Source: Myxococcales bacterium (GTDB taxonomy: Bacteria > Myxococcota > Myxococcia > Myxococcales > JAKAPL01). From it: 64,000 bases of DNA. This document shows positions 63,739 through 64,000 of this stretch, piece by piece. Position 1 is the stretch's first letter; each line of letters begins with the position of its first letter. The stretch spans positions 48,515 through 112,514 of the forward strand of contig JAKAPL010000002.1 in the NCBI GenBank assembly GCA_021807105.1. Direction: 5' to 3'. The notes beneath the pieces are model-generated. The model was not told the origin of the DNA. It saw nothing but the letters and a program-made list of their open reading frames with translations, and did no database searches. The position numbers were made by a program, and so were the translations under genes.

Positions 63739-63819
63739 GGTTTCCTCCACGGCTTCATTCCGAAGCCTTGCCGCGCGGCACCTCCGGCGCGGCGCCCACT
63801 CGTTCCCCCCCCGATAGCA

Positions 63820-63835
63820 TGCAGGCGCCGTGCCC
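63820..63835 (-). promoter_or_regulatory. Sigma-54 promoter candidate (GGGCACG-N4-CTGCA)
   Basis: The minus strand reads GGGCACGGCGCCTGCA, matching 10 of the 12 specified positions of TGGCACG-N4-TTGCA at exact spacing. It lies about 80 nt upstream of the ATG at 63738. Confidence 0.5.
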
Positions 63836-63865
63836 GCCGTAAGCCGCTGATTCTCCAGTGGGTTG

Positions 63866-63889
63866 CGCATTCGGGCGCGCCCGAATGCG
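63866..63889. promoter_or_regulatory. 24-bp perfect palindrome, candidate activator (UAS) site
   Basis: CGCATTCGGGCG|CGCCCGAATGCG. It ends 31 bp upstream of the -24 GG of the sigma-54 candidate. Confidence 0.4.
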
Positions 63890-64000
63890 GCCGGCCGCCG
63901 GATCGTAATGTCGCGGTCGTCAGCCGATGGCGGCCCTCTTCTGGACGGACGGATTCCTGGCTTCGCTGCGACGAACGAGCTCGCCCAAGGGGAAGTCTCA

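Noticed and set aside
63739-63870. Upstream in-frame ATG at 63870 as the start of the Cys-rich lipoprotein (track ORF 62830..63870).
   Set aside because: The extension (MRNPLENQRLTAGTAPACYRGG...) has no signal-peptide character and no SD. The ATG at 63738 follows GGAGGAAACC and begins a lipobox signal peptide. The extension would also swallow the sigma-54 element and the palindrome.

Overview
The window is very GC-rich, with third codon positions almost all G/C. It is best explained as a myxobacterial (Myxococcota) chromosomal segment. The reasons are a MYXO-CTERM sorting tail, several Cys-rich lipoproteins, a Hanks-type Ser/Thr kinase and sigma-54 enhancer-binding machinery.

I support about 46 protein genes. 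They are a partial GalT-like gene with glgA; prfA-prmC; a Ser/Thr kinase; pepP; a ferritin-like gene; a PilW-like TPR lipoprotein with a RodZ-like HTH gene and recO; an ABC-2 exporter pair; a tight prkA-yeaH-spoVR-histidine kinase-sigma54 activator cluster; an HME-type RND efflux operon; recC-recB-recD; a SWIM/SNF2 helicase; a MYXO-CTERM protein paired with a 4xPPC protein; rnr, an ACC-deaminase-family gene, recD2 and gph; a TrmH-like methyltransferase; and glnB-glnA.

I recognised no rRNA, tRNA, CRISPR array, transposase or integrase. Many very long ORFs in the track are off-frame or antisense artefacts of the GC content.

The most unusual content is non-coding or small:
- Three arrays built from 21-bp-phased modules at about 10.9 kb, 26.4 kb and 42.6 kb. 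One fills a convergent intergenic spacer exactly from stop codon to stop codon.
- A small Lys/Ala-rich protein gene between recC and the SNF2 gene. It has a sigma-54-type promoter and is bracketed by 19-bp direct repeats.
- A 54-aa secreted poly-Lys peptide gene that is missing from the ORF track. It has its own promoter, SD and a strong terminator.
- Sigma-54 promoter candidates upstream of the Cys-rich-lipoprotein/glnB/glnA block and of an orphan 334-aa gene.
- A C-terminal two-TM plus 'PxPGG...SGxF' module shared by two unlinked proteins.

All functional calls come from motif recognition by eye. No database search was run.
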